64,000 nucleotides of DNA from Armatimonadota bacterium (GTDB lineage: Bacteria; Armatimonadota; SYMT01), in assembly GCA_041690135.1 (NCBI GenBank), contig JAWLHY010000001.1:1376001-1440000 (forward strand), given 5' to 3'. The notes beneath the pieces are model-generated. The model was not told where the DNA came from. It did no database searches and worked only from the letters and a program-made list of their open reading frames with translations. Every line of letters starts with the position of its first letter. Position 1 is the stretch's first letter. The position numbers and the translations under genes were made by a program. This document shows, in pieces, positions 30,174-39,285 of this stretch.

Positions 30174-30620
30174 TTACGATGCGGTTACCGGTGCCTCGCC
30201 GGCCCCTTCGATCCAGACCTCCCCACCCTCCCAGACTTCGCGCTTCCAGATCGGGACGCGCTCCTTCAGGGTGTCGATGGCGTACCGGCAGGCCTCGAAC
30301 GCTTCGCCGCGGTGGCCGCACGCCGCCGCGATCAGGACACTGGGTTCTCCGATCTCCAGGCGCCCCACCCGGTGCAGGATCGCGATCCGCCCTTCCCAGC
30401 GGGCGACCACCTCTTCGGCGATCCCGAACATCTCCTTCTCCGCCATGGGACGGTAGGCATCGTACTCGAGGTATTCCACCTGCCGGCCCCGGTTGTTGTT
30501 GCGGACGTTCCCGCTGAAGGTCACCACCGCGCCCATGTCGGGAGCCTCGACAAAGGCCACCAACGGCGCGGGATCGAGAGGCGCCTCTGAAATTTCCACC
30601 CAGATCCGTTCGTTCTTCAT
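30174..30620 (-). CDS. moaE: Molybdopterin synthase catalytic subunit
   Basis: GAVVTFSGNVR, LEYDAY..MA, HRVGRL, HR.EAF, LK..VPIWKRE. Confidence 0.95.
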   Translation of the reverse strand: MKNERIWVEISEAPLDPAPLVAFVEAPDMGAVVTFSGNVRNNNRGRQVEYLEYDAYRPMAEKEMFGIAEEVVARWEGRIAILHRVGRLEIGEPSVLIAAACGHRGEAFEACRYAIDTLKERVPIWKREVWEGGEVWIEGAGEAPVTAS

Positions 30621-30665
30621 CTAAACCCCCACCGTTGGAACCTCAACCGCCGCGTCTCTCGGAAG

Positions 30666-30733
30666 GCGACTGAAGTCGCAAGCTGAAAAGGCACTAAGTC
30701 GGCACCCCCTCGGGGCATAAACCTGCGCCGACT
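30666..30733. repeat. REP-like palindromes GCGACTGAAGTCGC and AGTCGGC..GCCGACT, the latter interrupted by micro-element copy 2 (30704-30722)
   Basis: Inverted repeats read directly; removing the 19 nt gives AGTCGGC-CTGC-GCCGACT. Confidence 0.65.
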
Positions 30734-30792
30734 CACAAGCGCGGACACATGGCGATGTCTTGCTCTGGGACATGCACAATGTGGACCTGGTA

Positions 30793-31038
30793 TCAGCCGC
30801 CGCTTACCGGAGGGATAAAACTGACCTCATCACCTTCGGACACCGGGTCCGCCCAGCGACCGTACTCCAGGTTGCGTGCGGGGCGGCAGATTTCGGGGAT
30901 CCAGTCCAGCACGGGAAACTGCTCCACGAGAGCCAGCGCCACATCCCGGAGGGTCGCTCCCGTGGGGACCTCCACCTGCACATCGCGGACCCCGCTTTGC
31001 GTGGCCGCGCGCCCGAATAGCTCCACTCTCACGTTCAC
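30793..31038 (-). CDS. moaD: MoaD/ThiS sulfur carrier
   Basis: 81 aa, GDEVSFIPPVSGG C-terminus; GTG start; upstream of moaE. Confidence 0.88.
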   Translation of the reverse strand: MNVRVELFGRAATQSGVRDVQVEVPTGATLRDVALALVEQFPVLDWIPEICRPARNLEYGRWADPVSEGDEVSFIPPVSGG

Positions 31039-31164
31039 GGTCGCCGCTATCCTTCCTCGGCCGGACACCAGGGAGCGGTGCCGGTCGGCCGCGAAGGAAG
31101 TATAGCACCGACCCGCGCCGAATGTTTGCCCGGCCGCGGGTGAGGCCGTGCGCGAGGTGACAGG

Positions 31165-31626
31165 TGTAAGGGGGGCGTTTCCGCACCCCTGTAGGTTCAG
31201 GCGGTGTTGGTCGGCCGACCAGTGCCACATCTGTTGGGCATTTGCCTTTGGGTTAGCTCGGTTCCGGAGTGTTGCCTCGGCTGGCGAGACCGGTACCGTG
31301 TCCATCACCAGGCCGGGACGGAGATCCGGCCCTACATGCCGCGCGACCCTGGCATGTGTGATGGCATGCTGGCGAGCACGCACCTGGGTTAGGGGACCTT
31401 GCCGTCTCGTTGTTCCCGGCACGATGTAGGGCAGGCTTTCCGATGCCTGCCCCGACATGGGCTTTTCCTCCGTAATGCCGGACGGTAACGACTGCAGGGT
31501 CGCGTGGCCAGAGGCGTGTGCCTCTGGAACAGAACCATTGGCGTTGGATCGGTTCCACGATGCTGTCCCGGCCGGCCAGACTGGCGGAGTGTCCATAGCC
31601 AGGCCGGGACAGAGATACGGCCCTAC
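31165..31626. repeat. REP doublets (REPIN-like) upstream of RAYT
   Basis: GTAG-GGCAGGC..GCCTGCC at 31426-31452; inverted GGCCGGGAC.GAGAT.CGGCCCTAC at 31311-31335 and 31602-31626 with homologous flanks; degenerate hairpin at about 31165-31190. Confidence 0.8.
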
Positions 31627-31782
31627 ATTTCACGGACCCTTGGACAACTGGGGGCACGTCGTTGGCTGCACGCACTTGCGCGGTAGACCTCCCGGTGAAG
31701 GTGCCGACTGCTGCCCTGACTAATCGTTATGCGGTATACAGCCTGGCCAGCATGCCAGGCCCCGAGTCCCGTGGATTCGCGA

Positions 31783-32370
31783 ATGCCACGCTATGACGAT
31801 TTCGATGAAGTCACCGACTTTCTGAACGCTCGGGACCTGCGCCGCAGCCGGAGGCGGAAGAACCATCACCTGGATGCTCCTGCCTACAGGCAGGTCGAGC
31901 CCTGCTACTGCCTCACGCTCTGTGCTCGCTCCCACGGCAAGCCGTTTCTGTTGAACTCGGTTGCCGCGGAGGTAGTCCAGGCCATCCGGCACCCTCGCGA
32001 CCGCGGCCAGTGTGCGGTCTATGCCTACTGCCTGATGCCGGACCATCTCCACATCATCCTTCGGCTGGTGCCCGCCGGGGCGACTTCTGCCGGAGAATTC
32101 GATTCTGTGGAAGATGAGCCTGCACAGGGCTTGAAGGCCATCGTGGCCAACTTCAAGCGCTACACCACCACGCAGGTGGCCTGGCGTCATGGTCTTACTG
32201 GCAGGCTGTGGCAAAGAGACTTCTACGACCACGTCGGCCGCAAATCCGATGACATCGAGGCGCAGTGCCGGTATGTCCTCAATAATCCCGTCCGCGCAGG
32301 CCTAACGGAGGATTGGCAAGATTATCCCTGGTGCGGAATTCTCGATGAGTGGCGTTGGGAGCAGAGTTGA
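31783..32370 (+). mobile_element. REP-associated tyrosine transposase (RAYT, Y1 HUH family)
   Basis: YCLMPDHLH (HUH), FKRYT, LWQRDFYDH, YVLNNPVRAGL...WQDYPW. Confidence 0.92.
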
Positions 32371-32469
32371 TCCGGCGGGGGCGGTGTCCCGGAGCGGGCG
32401 CAATTGTCGGCGCGCCGCTGTTCACGGACCTCTTGCAACTGAACGGTTTTGTGTTGGTCACGGAACGGT

Positions 32470-32669
32470 GTAGGGCAGGCTTTCCTATGCCTGCCCTGGA
32501 TTGGGCTTTGTCTTCGTACTGCCAGGCGGCACAAGCCTCAACGCGTGATGCCCAATGGCGGGTGCCCCTGGATCAGAACCCTAGCGTTGGAGCGGTTCCA
32601 GCGTGTTGGCCCGGCCGGCGAGACAGGTACCGTGCACATCACCAGGCCGGGACTGAGATCCGGCCCTAC
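32470..32669. repeat. REP doublet downstream of RAYT
   Basis: GTAGGGCAGGCTTTCCTATGCCTGCCC 32470-32496 and GGCCGGGACTGAGATCCGGCCCTAC 32645-32669. Confidence 0.85.
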
Positions 32670-32795
32670 ATTGCACGCGGCCCAGGCACGCGACCCCCTG
32701 GCACGCGCGTAGGCACGCCGCAGTACGCGCACATGAACGTGCAATGCCGAATGCCCGGCATTGATCCCTACTGTGGGGCCTCGACGCCAAATACC

Positions 32796-33566
32796 TCAGG
32801 CCGTGATTAACGGCACGCGGGTGGCGCGTTGGGTGGCGGCGAGGAGACCGCGGAAGTAGCCGACGGCCTTAGCATAGGCCAGGGGTCCGGAAAGACCATC
32901 GATGAGAAGAGGTCCCTCGAAGCCGCTCTTCACCAACAGCCGCATCACCGCCGGCCAGTCGATGTCGCGGCTCTCTTCCGGCTTGCCGTTGAGGAGGGTG
33001 TCGAAGGTGAGGATGCGACCCGCCGCCGTGCCGAGACTCGCGCGGTTGCCGCGGAAGTGGTCCGCCCCGGCGCCGATCCCCAGCCAGGGTGAGCCCATGG
33101 ACTGCGTGATGGTTGCCAGTTCCGAGAGGGGCATCGTCCCCTGGAAGGCGATGTGGACCCCGGACGTCTCCGCTTCCGGGAGGAGGCCTTCGAGGAACGG
33201 TTCGATCACCTCGCGCCCTACCCGTGGCAGCCAGGTGACGTCCAGGGGCTCCACCCCCGCCTCACCCAGCGCCGTGAGAAGGGCCCGGGTCTCGAAGAGC
33301 CACTGGGCACGCCAGGACTCGTCCTCCACGGGCGCATCCGGCGGCACTCGCAGCCGTTCCGGTACCACACCGATCCCCTCCGCCTCCAGGCGCACCTTCA
33401 TCGCGAGTAGCGCCGGTCCGTTGGGCTGATCGTCGGCGCCCAGTGGAGGCATCAGGCGCACCGCGTCGGGACGGCATTCGTGAAGGTAGTCGAATAGCGG
33501 CTCCAGGTCGAGGATGGAGTCCGCGATTTCGCGGCCGTGGGCGGTGGCGGGGATGGTGATGAGCAT
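32796..33566 (-). CDS. Xylose-isomerase-like TIM-barrel protein (degenerate UxuA-like)
   Basis: LLPEAETSGVHIA, DIDWPAVMRLL...GFEG, AVGYFRGLL. Confidence 0.6.
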   Translation of the reverse strand: MLITIPATAHGREIADSILDLEPLFDYLHECRPDAVRLMPPLGADDQPNGPALLAMKVRLEAEGIGVVPERLRVPPDAPVEDESWRAQWLFETRALLTALGEAGVEPLDVTWLPRVGREVIEPFLEGLLPEAETSGVHIAFQGTMPLSELATITQSMGSPWLGIGAGADHFRGNRASLGTAAGRILTFDTLLNGKPEESRDIDWPAVMRLLVKSGFEGPLLIDGLSGPLAYAKAVGYFRGLLAATQRATRVPLITA

Positions 33567-33680
33567 AGAAGATTCTGTGTCGATCGGTTGCAATTGCGAA
33601 ATCGGCCCGGTCGCGGGCTTCTCCGCATGCACTTACCACCGGTCGAACGGGCGCCAAACGCGGCCCCGCTCTTCTCCGGT

Positions 33681-34739
33681 TCAACCGCCGATCTGACTCA
33701 TGTTCCGCTCCGGCTTCTCAAAGCCGGATTGATTGATGAGATGCCCGGTCCACTTGTCCTGCACGCAGTCGACGAAGAGCCATGCCAGCTCCTCGTCCGT
33801 GGCGCCCGCGCGCAGCGGGGTCTTGAGGTCGGTTTCCGCGACGGCGAAAAGGCAGTGCCGCAGCTTTCCGTCGGCGGTCAGGCGGATCCGGTTACAGGTG
33901 CCGCAGAACGGTTCCGTCACGGTGGGGATGATCCCGATCTCCCCCCGCCCGTCGCTGAAGCGATAGAGGGTGGCCGGATCGGAAGAACCGGCGGGGCTCG
34001 CGCGCTCCAGGGGATACACGGCGGAGATGGTGTCCAGGATCTCCTGTGCCGTTAAGACCTGGGAGCGGTCCCAACCGCCGTCGCCGTCTAGCGGCATGAA
34101 CTCGATGAACCGCACCTGATACGCCTTTTCCCGGGCCAACTCCGCGAAGCGCAGCAACTCCGGCTCGGTGAAGTCCTTCATCGCGACGGCATTCACCTTG
34201 ATGGGCGAGAAACCCACGCGGGCCGCCGCCTCCAGGCCGCGCATCACCGCGTCGAACAGGGGACGGCGGGTGACCTCAGCAAACTTGGCCGGGTCGAGGC
34301 TGTCGAGGCTGACGTTCAAGCGCCGGAGGCCGCCATCCCACAACTCCTGGGCCATCGCCTCCAGGCGCACGCCGTTGGTGGTGAGGCTCAGATCGCGCAG
34401 TCCCTCCAGACCGGTCAAGCCGCGTACCAGGATCGGGAGGTCGCGCCGGACCAGGGGTTCCCCGCCTGTCAGCCGGATCTTGTCCACGCCCAGCGCGGTC
34501 GCGATACGGGCCAGGCGCATGATCTCCTCATAGGTGAGGATTACCTCTTTCGGGTAGAACTCCATCTCCTCCGGCATGCAGTAGACGCACCGGAAATTGC
34601 AGCGGTCGGTGATGGAAATCCGGAGGTTGGTATGCACTCTGCCGAACCGGTCCACCAGCCGCGACGGCAAGGGCTCCCGTCGTTCGGCCGGGGGCCGGTG
34701 GGCCGCCTGAAGTTGGTTGAGCGGGATGAGGCCGGACAT
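33681..34739 (-). CDS. moaA: GTP 3',8-cyclase (radical SAM)
   Basis: LRISITDRCNFRCVYCMP, RLTGGEP, FCGTCNRIRLTADGK..CL, MSQIGG end. Confidence 0.96.
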   Translation of the reverse strand: MSGLIPLNQLQAAHRPPAERREPLPSRLVDRFGRVHTNLRISITDRCNFRCVYCMPEEMEFYPKEVILTYEEIMRLARIATALGVDKIRLTGGEPLVRRDLPILVRGLTGLEGLRDLSLTTNGVRLEAMAQELWDGGLRRLNVSLDSLDPAKFAEVTRRPLFDAVMRGLEAAARVGFSPIKVNAVAMKDFTEPELLRFAELAREKAYQVRFIEFMPLDGDGGWDRSQVLTAQEILDTISAVYPLERASPAGSSDPATLYRFSDGRGEIGIIPTVTEPFCGTCNRIRLTADGKLRHCLFAVAETDLKTPLRAGATDEELAWLFVDCVQDKWTGHLINQSGFEKPERNMSQIGG

Positions 34740-34741
34740 AT

Positions 34742-34855
34742 TGCGTGATGCGTAATGCGTAATGCGTAATGCGTAATGTTTCGTGCAGTTGGAGCTTGGG
34801 GGCGTGACGGGCGCCTCCGACGCTGGTTGCGTATTGCGTATTTCGTATTGCGTAA
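34742..34855. repeat. Heptamer tandem arrays TGCGTA(A/T): x5 at 34742-34776 and x4 at 34828-34855
   Basis: Read directly; the first array ends 2 nt before the moaA ATG. Confidence 0.85.
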
Positions 34856-34950
34856 GGGAGCGTAAACAGAGTATAGCCCGAGTTTCGCCAGAGGTGAATG
34901 TCGGCTCGATTGCCGACCCGTCATGCTCATATCCCAGGCAGGACCTTCCG

Positions 34951-35130
34951 TCAGTCCCGGTAACGCGTGTGGCGGAGGAGCAGTGCCGCCACGATCGCCA
35001 CCGCGACCAGGATGAGCGGCACTCCCACTCCTTCTCCCAGGCTGGTGATGCCACGCACCGCCAGGGCCACGGCGGCGATGACCCCGGCCACGGTCCAAAC
35101 GGTGCGGTAGGTACTACTCTGACGAGGCAT
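34951..35130 (-). CDS. 59-aa two-TM small membrane protein (absent from the ORF track)
   Basis: MPRQSSTYRTVWTVAGVIAAVALAVRGITSLGEGVGVPLILVAVAIVAALLLRHTRYRD*; overlaps the end of the upstream gene. Confidence 0.65.
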   Translation of the reverse strand: MPRQSSTYRTVWTVAGVIAAVALAVRGITSLGEGVGVPLILVAVAIVAALLLRHTRYRD

Positions 35131-35485
35131 GGGATTCAGGCGTTTCCTCTTCCAACGCTCGCACCGGATCCGGGAAGTCCCGGTAGAGCGCGAAGCGGAG
35201 ATCCTTTACCGCAGAGTATACCGCCGCGTGGAGCGGCTCGACCTCCCCATCGCGGGTGGCGGCGCGGTTGAAAGCGCGGTCTAACTGCGTGAGATCCCGG
35301 ACCTCGATGATGAGGTGAAACTCCCCGAGGTCGTTCGGCGCCAGCCCCAGCTTTTTGCGGGTGATCCGGTAGCCGGCGATCAGGTCCCGTTCCTGGAGAT
35401 AGTTCATCCACTCGCGGAACGCGCGCACGAACTCCAGGTCGCTCTTCTGCCCGTTCAGGTTGCACCAGATGTGGTAGTAGTTCAT
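35114..35485 (-). CDS. Conserved hypothetical protein (DUF6614-like)
   Basis: YHIWCNL, RITR.KLG, EFH..IE, ALYRDFPD. Confidence 0.75.
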   Translation of the reverse strand: MNYYHIWCNLNGQKSDLEFVRAFREWMNYLQERDLIAGYRITRKKLGLAPNDLGEFHLIIEVRDLTQLDRAFNRAATRDGEVEPLHAAVYSAVKDLRFALYRDFPDPVRALEEETPESHASSE

Positions 35486-35943
35486 CAGTTGACTGACCAG
35501 ACGTAAACCGTTCGCATCCCGACCCCTTCGGGCTCCACCAGCACCCCTACCCCGGGCGCTTCAGTGAAGGCCCCTCCCGCCACCTTCTGACCGTCCTTCG
35601 GTTGGAGACTCCATCTCGCCTGGAGATGCCGCGGCAGGCTGCGGATGAACCGGCACACCACCTCGGGGCGCTCATTTTGGGTCCCCCGGAGCATCGATTG
35701 ACCGAGGAAGCGCCGCAGACCGGGATTGGTCATCTGCATACGGGCCACGAGGTATCTTCCCGATTGGAGCGTGATGTAGAGCTCGCCGCCATCCAGCTTC
35801 GCGTCATCGGGTAATTCGAGGTTGGTGTAGTCTTCTACCGTCGCCAGGTCCCTCACGTGAAGAGTCCGCTCGCTGCCGAACATCAGGAACGCGAGAGGTA
35901 GTATTACTGCCACACCCAGCGCCAGTTTCCACGCAAGTTTCAT
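35485..35943 (-). CDS. Hypothetical exported or membrane-anchored protein
   Basis: N-terminal hydrophobic helix; GAGGTGG RBS; TGATG coupling to the next gene. Confidence 0.65.
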   Translation of the reverse strand: MKLAWKLALGVAVILPLAFLMFGSERTLHVRDLATVEDYTNLELPDDAKLDGGELYITLQSGRYLVARMQMTNPGLRRFLGQSMLRGTQNERPEVVCRFIRSLPRHLQARWSLQPKDGQKVAGGAFTEAPGVGVLVEPEGVGMRTVYVWSVN

Positions 35944-36382
35944 GGCAGTTCCACCTCGCGCGCTTCCGTCACGGGGTGGGCCGCGGCCCAGTCCCCTTGT
36001 GGATCATCTTATCCGGAGTTCAATCCATCCAGAGTAGATGTCACAGGAACGGGACGAGGCAGCAGTGGCGCGAATACGAAGTTTATACTCGCTCGTCAGC
36101 ACCAGGACAGGGCAAACACAGCGTCAGTTCTACAGTGCCTCCGATTGGCAAGAACAAGGAGCAGCCGAGTCCGCCCAGCGAGTTCTTCCGTGCCGATCCG
36201 TCCGCTCCGTGTCATCCGTGTCCAGAATTCGGAAACTCCAAAGCTAAGAAACCAAACTGGGGCAAGGCATTCAGGCCGGCGATAACCAATATAGGAAATG
36301 GAGGGCGCAGGGCGCCTCCGGGCGGCGGCTCTCCCCGGCAGAGGTGGGAAGCGGCGGGACCGAGTCGACACGAGGAGTGAGC

Positions 36383-37906
36383 ATGCGACGAGAAGTATGG
36401 ATCGCCGGCGGTGTGATGGGAGCCTTGCTCGGGGTGGTGTTTCCGGCGGCCAGCCAGGGTCCGGCGGCCCCCGCTCCGATCGTCCAGGTGGGCGGGGATC
36501 CGGGCGGGGAGCGGGCGCTCACCTTCCACGTGGATCAGATCGATGTCAATGCCGGTCGCTATCTCCTGAAGAAGCTTGCTCCCCTGGGTAAGGCGATCTT
36601 TGAGGCGGCGTTCACCGATGAGGACGGGCGTGGTCGCCCGAACCACACCGGCGAGTTGCCGCCGCGGACCCGCACGCCCCGGTTCGGGCTGGACGGCTTC
36701 AACCGGGTGAGCGGTCCGGAAGCCGATTCCTGTGCCGGGTGTCACAATCGCCCGCGGGTGGGCGGCGGTGGGGACAACGCCACCAACGTCTTCTCGCTGG
36801 CGGAGCGGTTCGCCTTTTTCGACGATCCGAGCCAGCCGGATGAAAACAACGAGGCGCCGGTCTATACGTTGCAGGCGGCGGGGAACGAACGGAATGCCCC
36901 CAGTCTTTTCGGTGCGGGCCTGATCGAAATGCTGGCAAGGGAGATGACCGACGAGCTCCATGCCGCTCGCGCCCTGGCGTCGCAGCTTGCGGCCCAGCGC
37001 GGCAGCAATGTCCGCCACCCGCTCGTGGCCAAAGGCGTGAGCTTCGGGTTCATCACGGCCAAGCCGGACAACACCTTCCTCACCCACGAAGTGGAAGGCG
37101 TGGACCCCGATCTCGTTATCCGCCCCTTCGGCGCCAAGGGGACCGTCGTCTCCATTCGCGAGTTCGCCGACCGGGAGCTCTTCCAGCGCCACGGTATGCA
37201 GACCGTGGAGCGCTTTGGGCAGAACACGGACAGCGATGGCGATGGAGTCGCTAACGAGATCACTCCCGGAGACCTCACGGCCCTGGTTTCCTACATCGCC
37301 CAGCTCGGAACGCCGGGCCACATCATCCCACGCAACCCGCGCTACTCCCTTCCCGCGCGCCGGGGCGAGCAGTTGTTCCGCCAGGTAGGGTGCAACAGCT
37401 GCCACGTGCCAGAGATGACAATCAACAGCCCCTATTACACGGAGCCGAACCCGCACAACCCGGATGGACTGCTCAAGCTCAGCCAGGTGTCGCGACCGTT
37501 CCGGTTCGACCTGCGCCGGGAGAGTGAGGCCCCCCGCACCGATACCCGTGCGGGCCTGTTGATCGTGCAGCCGTTCACCGATCTCAAGCGCCACAACATG
37601 GGCAACCATCCGCTGATGAACAGCGAGCCGTACACGGAGCGCGGGTTGCCGACCAATGTCTTCATCACCCGCAAGTTGTGGGGCTTCTACAGCGAGCCGC
37701 ACTTTCTGCACAACGGCCGGGCGACGCGGGTCACCGATGCCATACTGGCGCATGGTGGTGAGGGCCAGGACGCCCGCGACCGTTTTGCCGCGCTCAATGA
37801 CCTGGACAAGGGCGCCGTCATCGAGTACTTGAAGACGTTCCGGGTACTCCCCGAGGGTAGCCGTTTCCGGGTCATCAACGACCTGGGACGCGCGACCTCC
37901 TTTTGA
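36383..37906 (+). CDS. Secreted di-heme oxidoreductase (DUF1111/peroxidase-like)
   Basis: Signal peptide; CAGCH and CNSCH; RNAPSLFGAGL, FTDLKRH.MG, LWG...FLH.GRA...AILAHGGE. Confidence 0.88.
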   Translation: MRREVWIAGGVMGALLGVVFPAASQGPAAPAPIVQVGGDPGGERALTFHVDQIDVNAGRYLLKKLAPLGKAIFEAAFTDEDGRGRPNHTGELPPRTRTPRFGLDGFNRVSGPEADSCAGCHNRPRVGGGGDNATNVFSLAERFAFFDDPSQPDENNEAPVYTLQAAGNERNAPSLFGAGLIEMLAREMTDELHAARALASQLAAQRGSNVRHPLVAKGVSFGFITAKPDNTFLTHEVEGVDPDLVIRPFGAKGTVVSIREFADRELFQRHGMQTVERFGQNTDSDGDGVANEITPGDLTALVSYIAQLGTPGHIIPRNPRYSLPARRGEQLFRQVGCNSCHVPEMTINSPYYTEPNPHNPDGLLKLSQVSRPFRFDLRRESEAPRTDTRAGLLIVQPFTDLKRHNMGNHPLMNSEPYTERGLPTNVFITRKLWGFYSEPHFLHNGRATRVTDAILAHGGEGQDARDRFAALNDLDKGAVIEYLKTFRVLPEGSRFRVINDLGRATSF

Positions 37907-37937
37907 CTCGGTATCTGAATTCCGGTAAGGTGGTGCC

Positions 37938-38387
37938 GTGAGAGCCGTAGTCCAGCGTGTCCGGCAGGGTCGAGTCCGTGTCGGTGAAGAGACGGTCGGG
38001 GAGATTGGCCCCGGCCTGATGGTCCTGGTGGGCGTCCGGCAGACGGATACCGCCGTCGATGTCCAGTACATCGCCGACAAGATCGCCAACCTCCGGATCC
38101 TGGACGACGAGCAGGGTCGCATGGACCGCAGCGCCCTCGACCGCGGCGCGGAGGTACTGGTGGTCAGCCAGTTCACCCTGTTCGGCGATGTCCGGAAGGG
38201 ACGCCGGCCCTCCTATTCCGAGGCAGCCCGCGGCGAGCAGGCCGAAGCTCTTTACGAGGCGGTGTGCGACCGTTTACGCGATGCCGGTCTGCGGGTAGCA
38301 ACCGGGCGGTTCGGTGCGGAAATGCTGATCGACATGATCGGCGACGGTCCCGTCACCATTCTGCTGGATAGCGAGCGAGTGTTTTAG
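37938..38387 (+). CDS. dtd: D-aminoacyl-tRNA deacylase
   Basis: MRAVVQRV, SQFTL, GRRPS, GRFGA.M, DGPVT. Confidence 0.96.
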   Translation: MRAVVQRVRQGRVRVGEETVGEIGPGLMVLVGVRQTDTAVDVQYIADKIANLRILDDEQGRMDRSALDRGAEVLVVSQFTLFGDVRKGRRPSYSEAARGEQAEALYEAVCDRLRDAGLRVATGRFGAEMLIDMIGDGPVTILLDSERVF

Positions 38388-38400
38388 AACCGGAAACCAG

Positions 38401-39285
38401 ATGTCCGACCGCGAATATCAACGGCGAACCCCCGTTCCCGGCCCGGCCGGCAATCCGGGGGAAGAACTGCCCCCCACGGCCGACGCCTTCACCACGTTAG
38501 GCGACAACCTGGCCGCGCAGGGGCGCCTGGAAGAGGCGATCGACAACTACAAGCAGGCCCTCCGGCTCGAAGGGGACAACCCCGACCGTCATACCCGGCT
38601 GGGGGATGCCTACGTTTTTGCCGAGAACAGCAGTCAGGCGCTGTACCACTACCGCCGGGCGCTGAAGGCGAACCCCCAGCACGCGGACACCCACTTTTCG
38701 CTCGCGGAAGTCTATCGGCGGTTCGGGAAGCTGAAGGGCGCGATCACGCTGTACCGGAAGGCGATTGACCTCGAGCCGACCAACCCCTACTACCACTACC
38801 GGCTGGGCACGGCCTTCCACCAGGCGGGAAACGTGGATGCCGCCGTCCGGGAGCTCTCCGAAGCGATCCGCCTGGCCCCGCGAGACGGCTTCTATCACTT
38901 CTGGTTGGGAGACCTCTTCCTCCAACTTCAGCGCGTGAAGGAGGCTTTGGCCGAGTTGGAAGCGGCCGTCAAACACGCGCCATTCGACGACTACTATTGC
39001 GTGCGCCTCGGCATGGCGTATGCGGTAATGAGCCGAGAGGAAGACGCCGTGGCGATGTTCCAGCGGGCGATCCGCCTGCGGCCCGGCAATGCCTCCTACC
39101 ACTACCTGATGGCGGACTCTTTCGCCCGGATGGGCTATGCCCTGCGCGCCGCCATGCACTACGAGATCGCCGGTGACCTGGATCCCTACGACCGCGAGTA
39201 CGTAGACCGGATGCGCAACCGCTTCACGCAGGCGGGCGGCGGACTCCGCCCCGAGGACTTCGGCCTCTCACCGTTCGAGAGTTGA
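38401..39285 (+). CDS. TPR repeat protein
   Basis: About 7 regular 34-aa repeats (LG..Y...G....A...Y..A...P). Confidence 0.9.
   Translation: MSDREYQRRTPVPGPAGNPGEELPPTADAFTTLGDNLAAQGRLEEAIDNYKQALRLEGDNPDRHTRLGDAYVFAENSSQALYHYRRALKANPQHADTHFSLAEVYRRFGKLKGAITLYRKAIDLEPTNPYYHYRLGTAFHQAGNVDAAVRELSEAIRLAPRDGFYHFWLGDLFLQLQRVKEALAELEAAVKHAPFDDYYCVRLGMAYAVMSREEDAVAMFQRAIRLRPGNASYHYLMADSFARMGYALRAAMHYEIAGDLDPYDREYVDRMRNRFTQAGGGLRPEDFGLSPFES

Noticed and set aside
31185-31203. ACCCCTGTAGGTTCAGGC as a fourth micro-element copy
   Set aside because: It lacks the GGGG arm and TAAAC tail and is better explained as part of a degenerate REP hairpin.
33681-35054. Extended N-termini of moaA, moaD, metH, rnhA and the ABC permease in the ORF track
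   Set aside because: The extensions translate repeats or overlap neighbouring genes; downstream starts match family-typical N-termini.
35976-36300. ORFs between the 35943 gene and the di-heme gene
   Set aside because: No convincing RBS or motif; partly simple tccgtg-type repeats.
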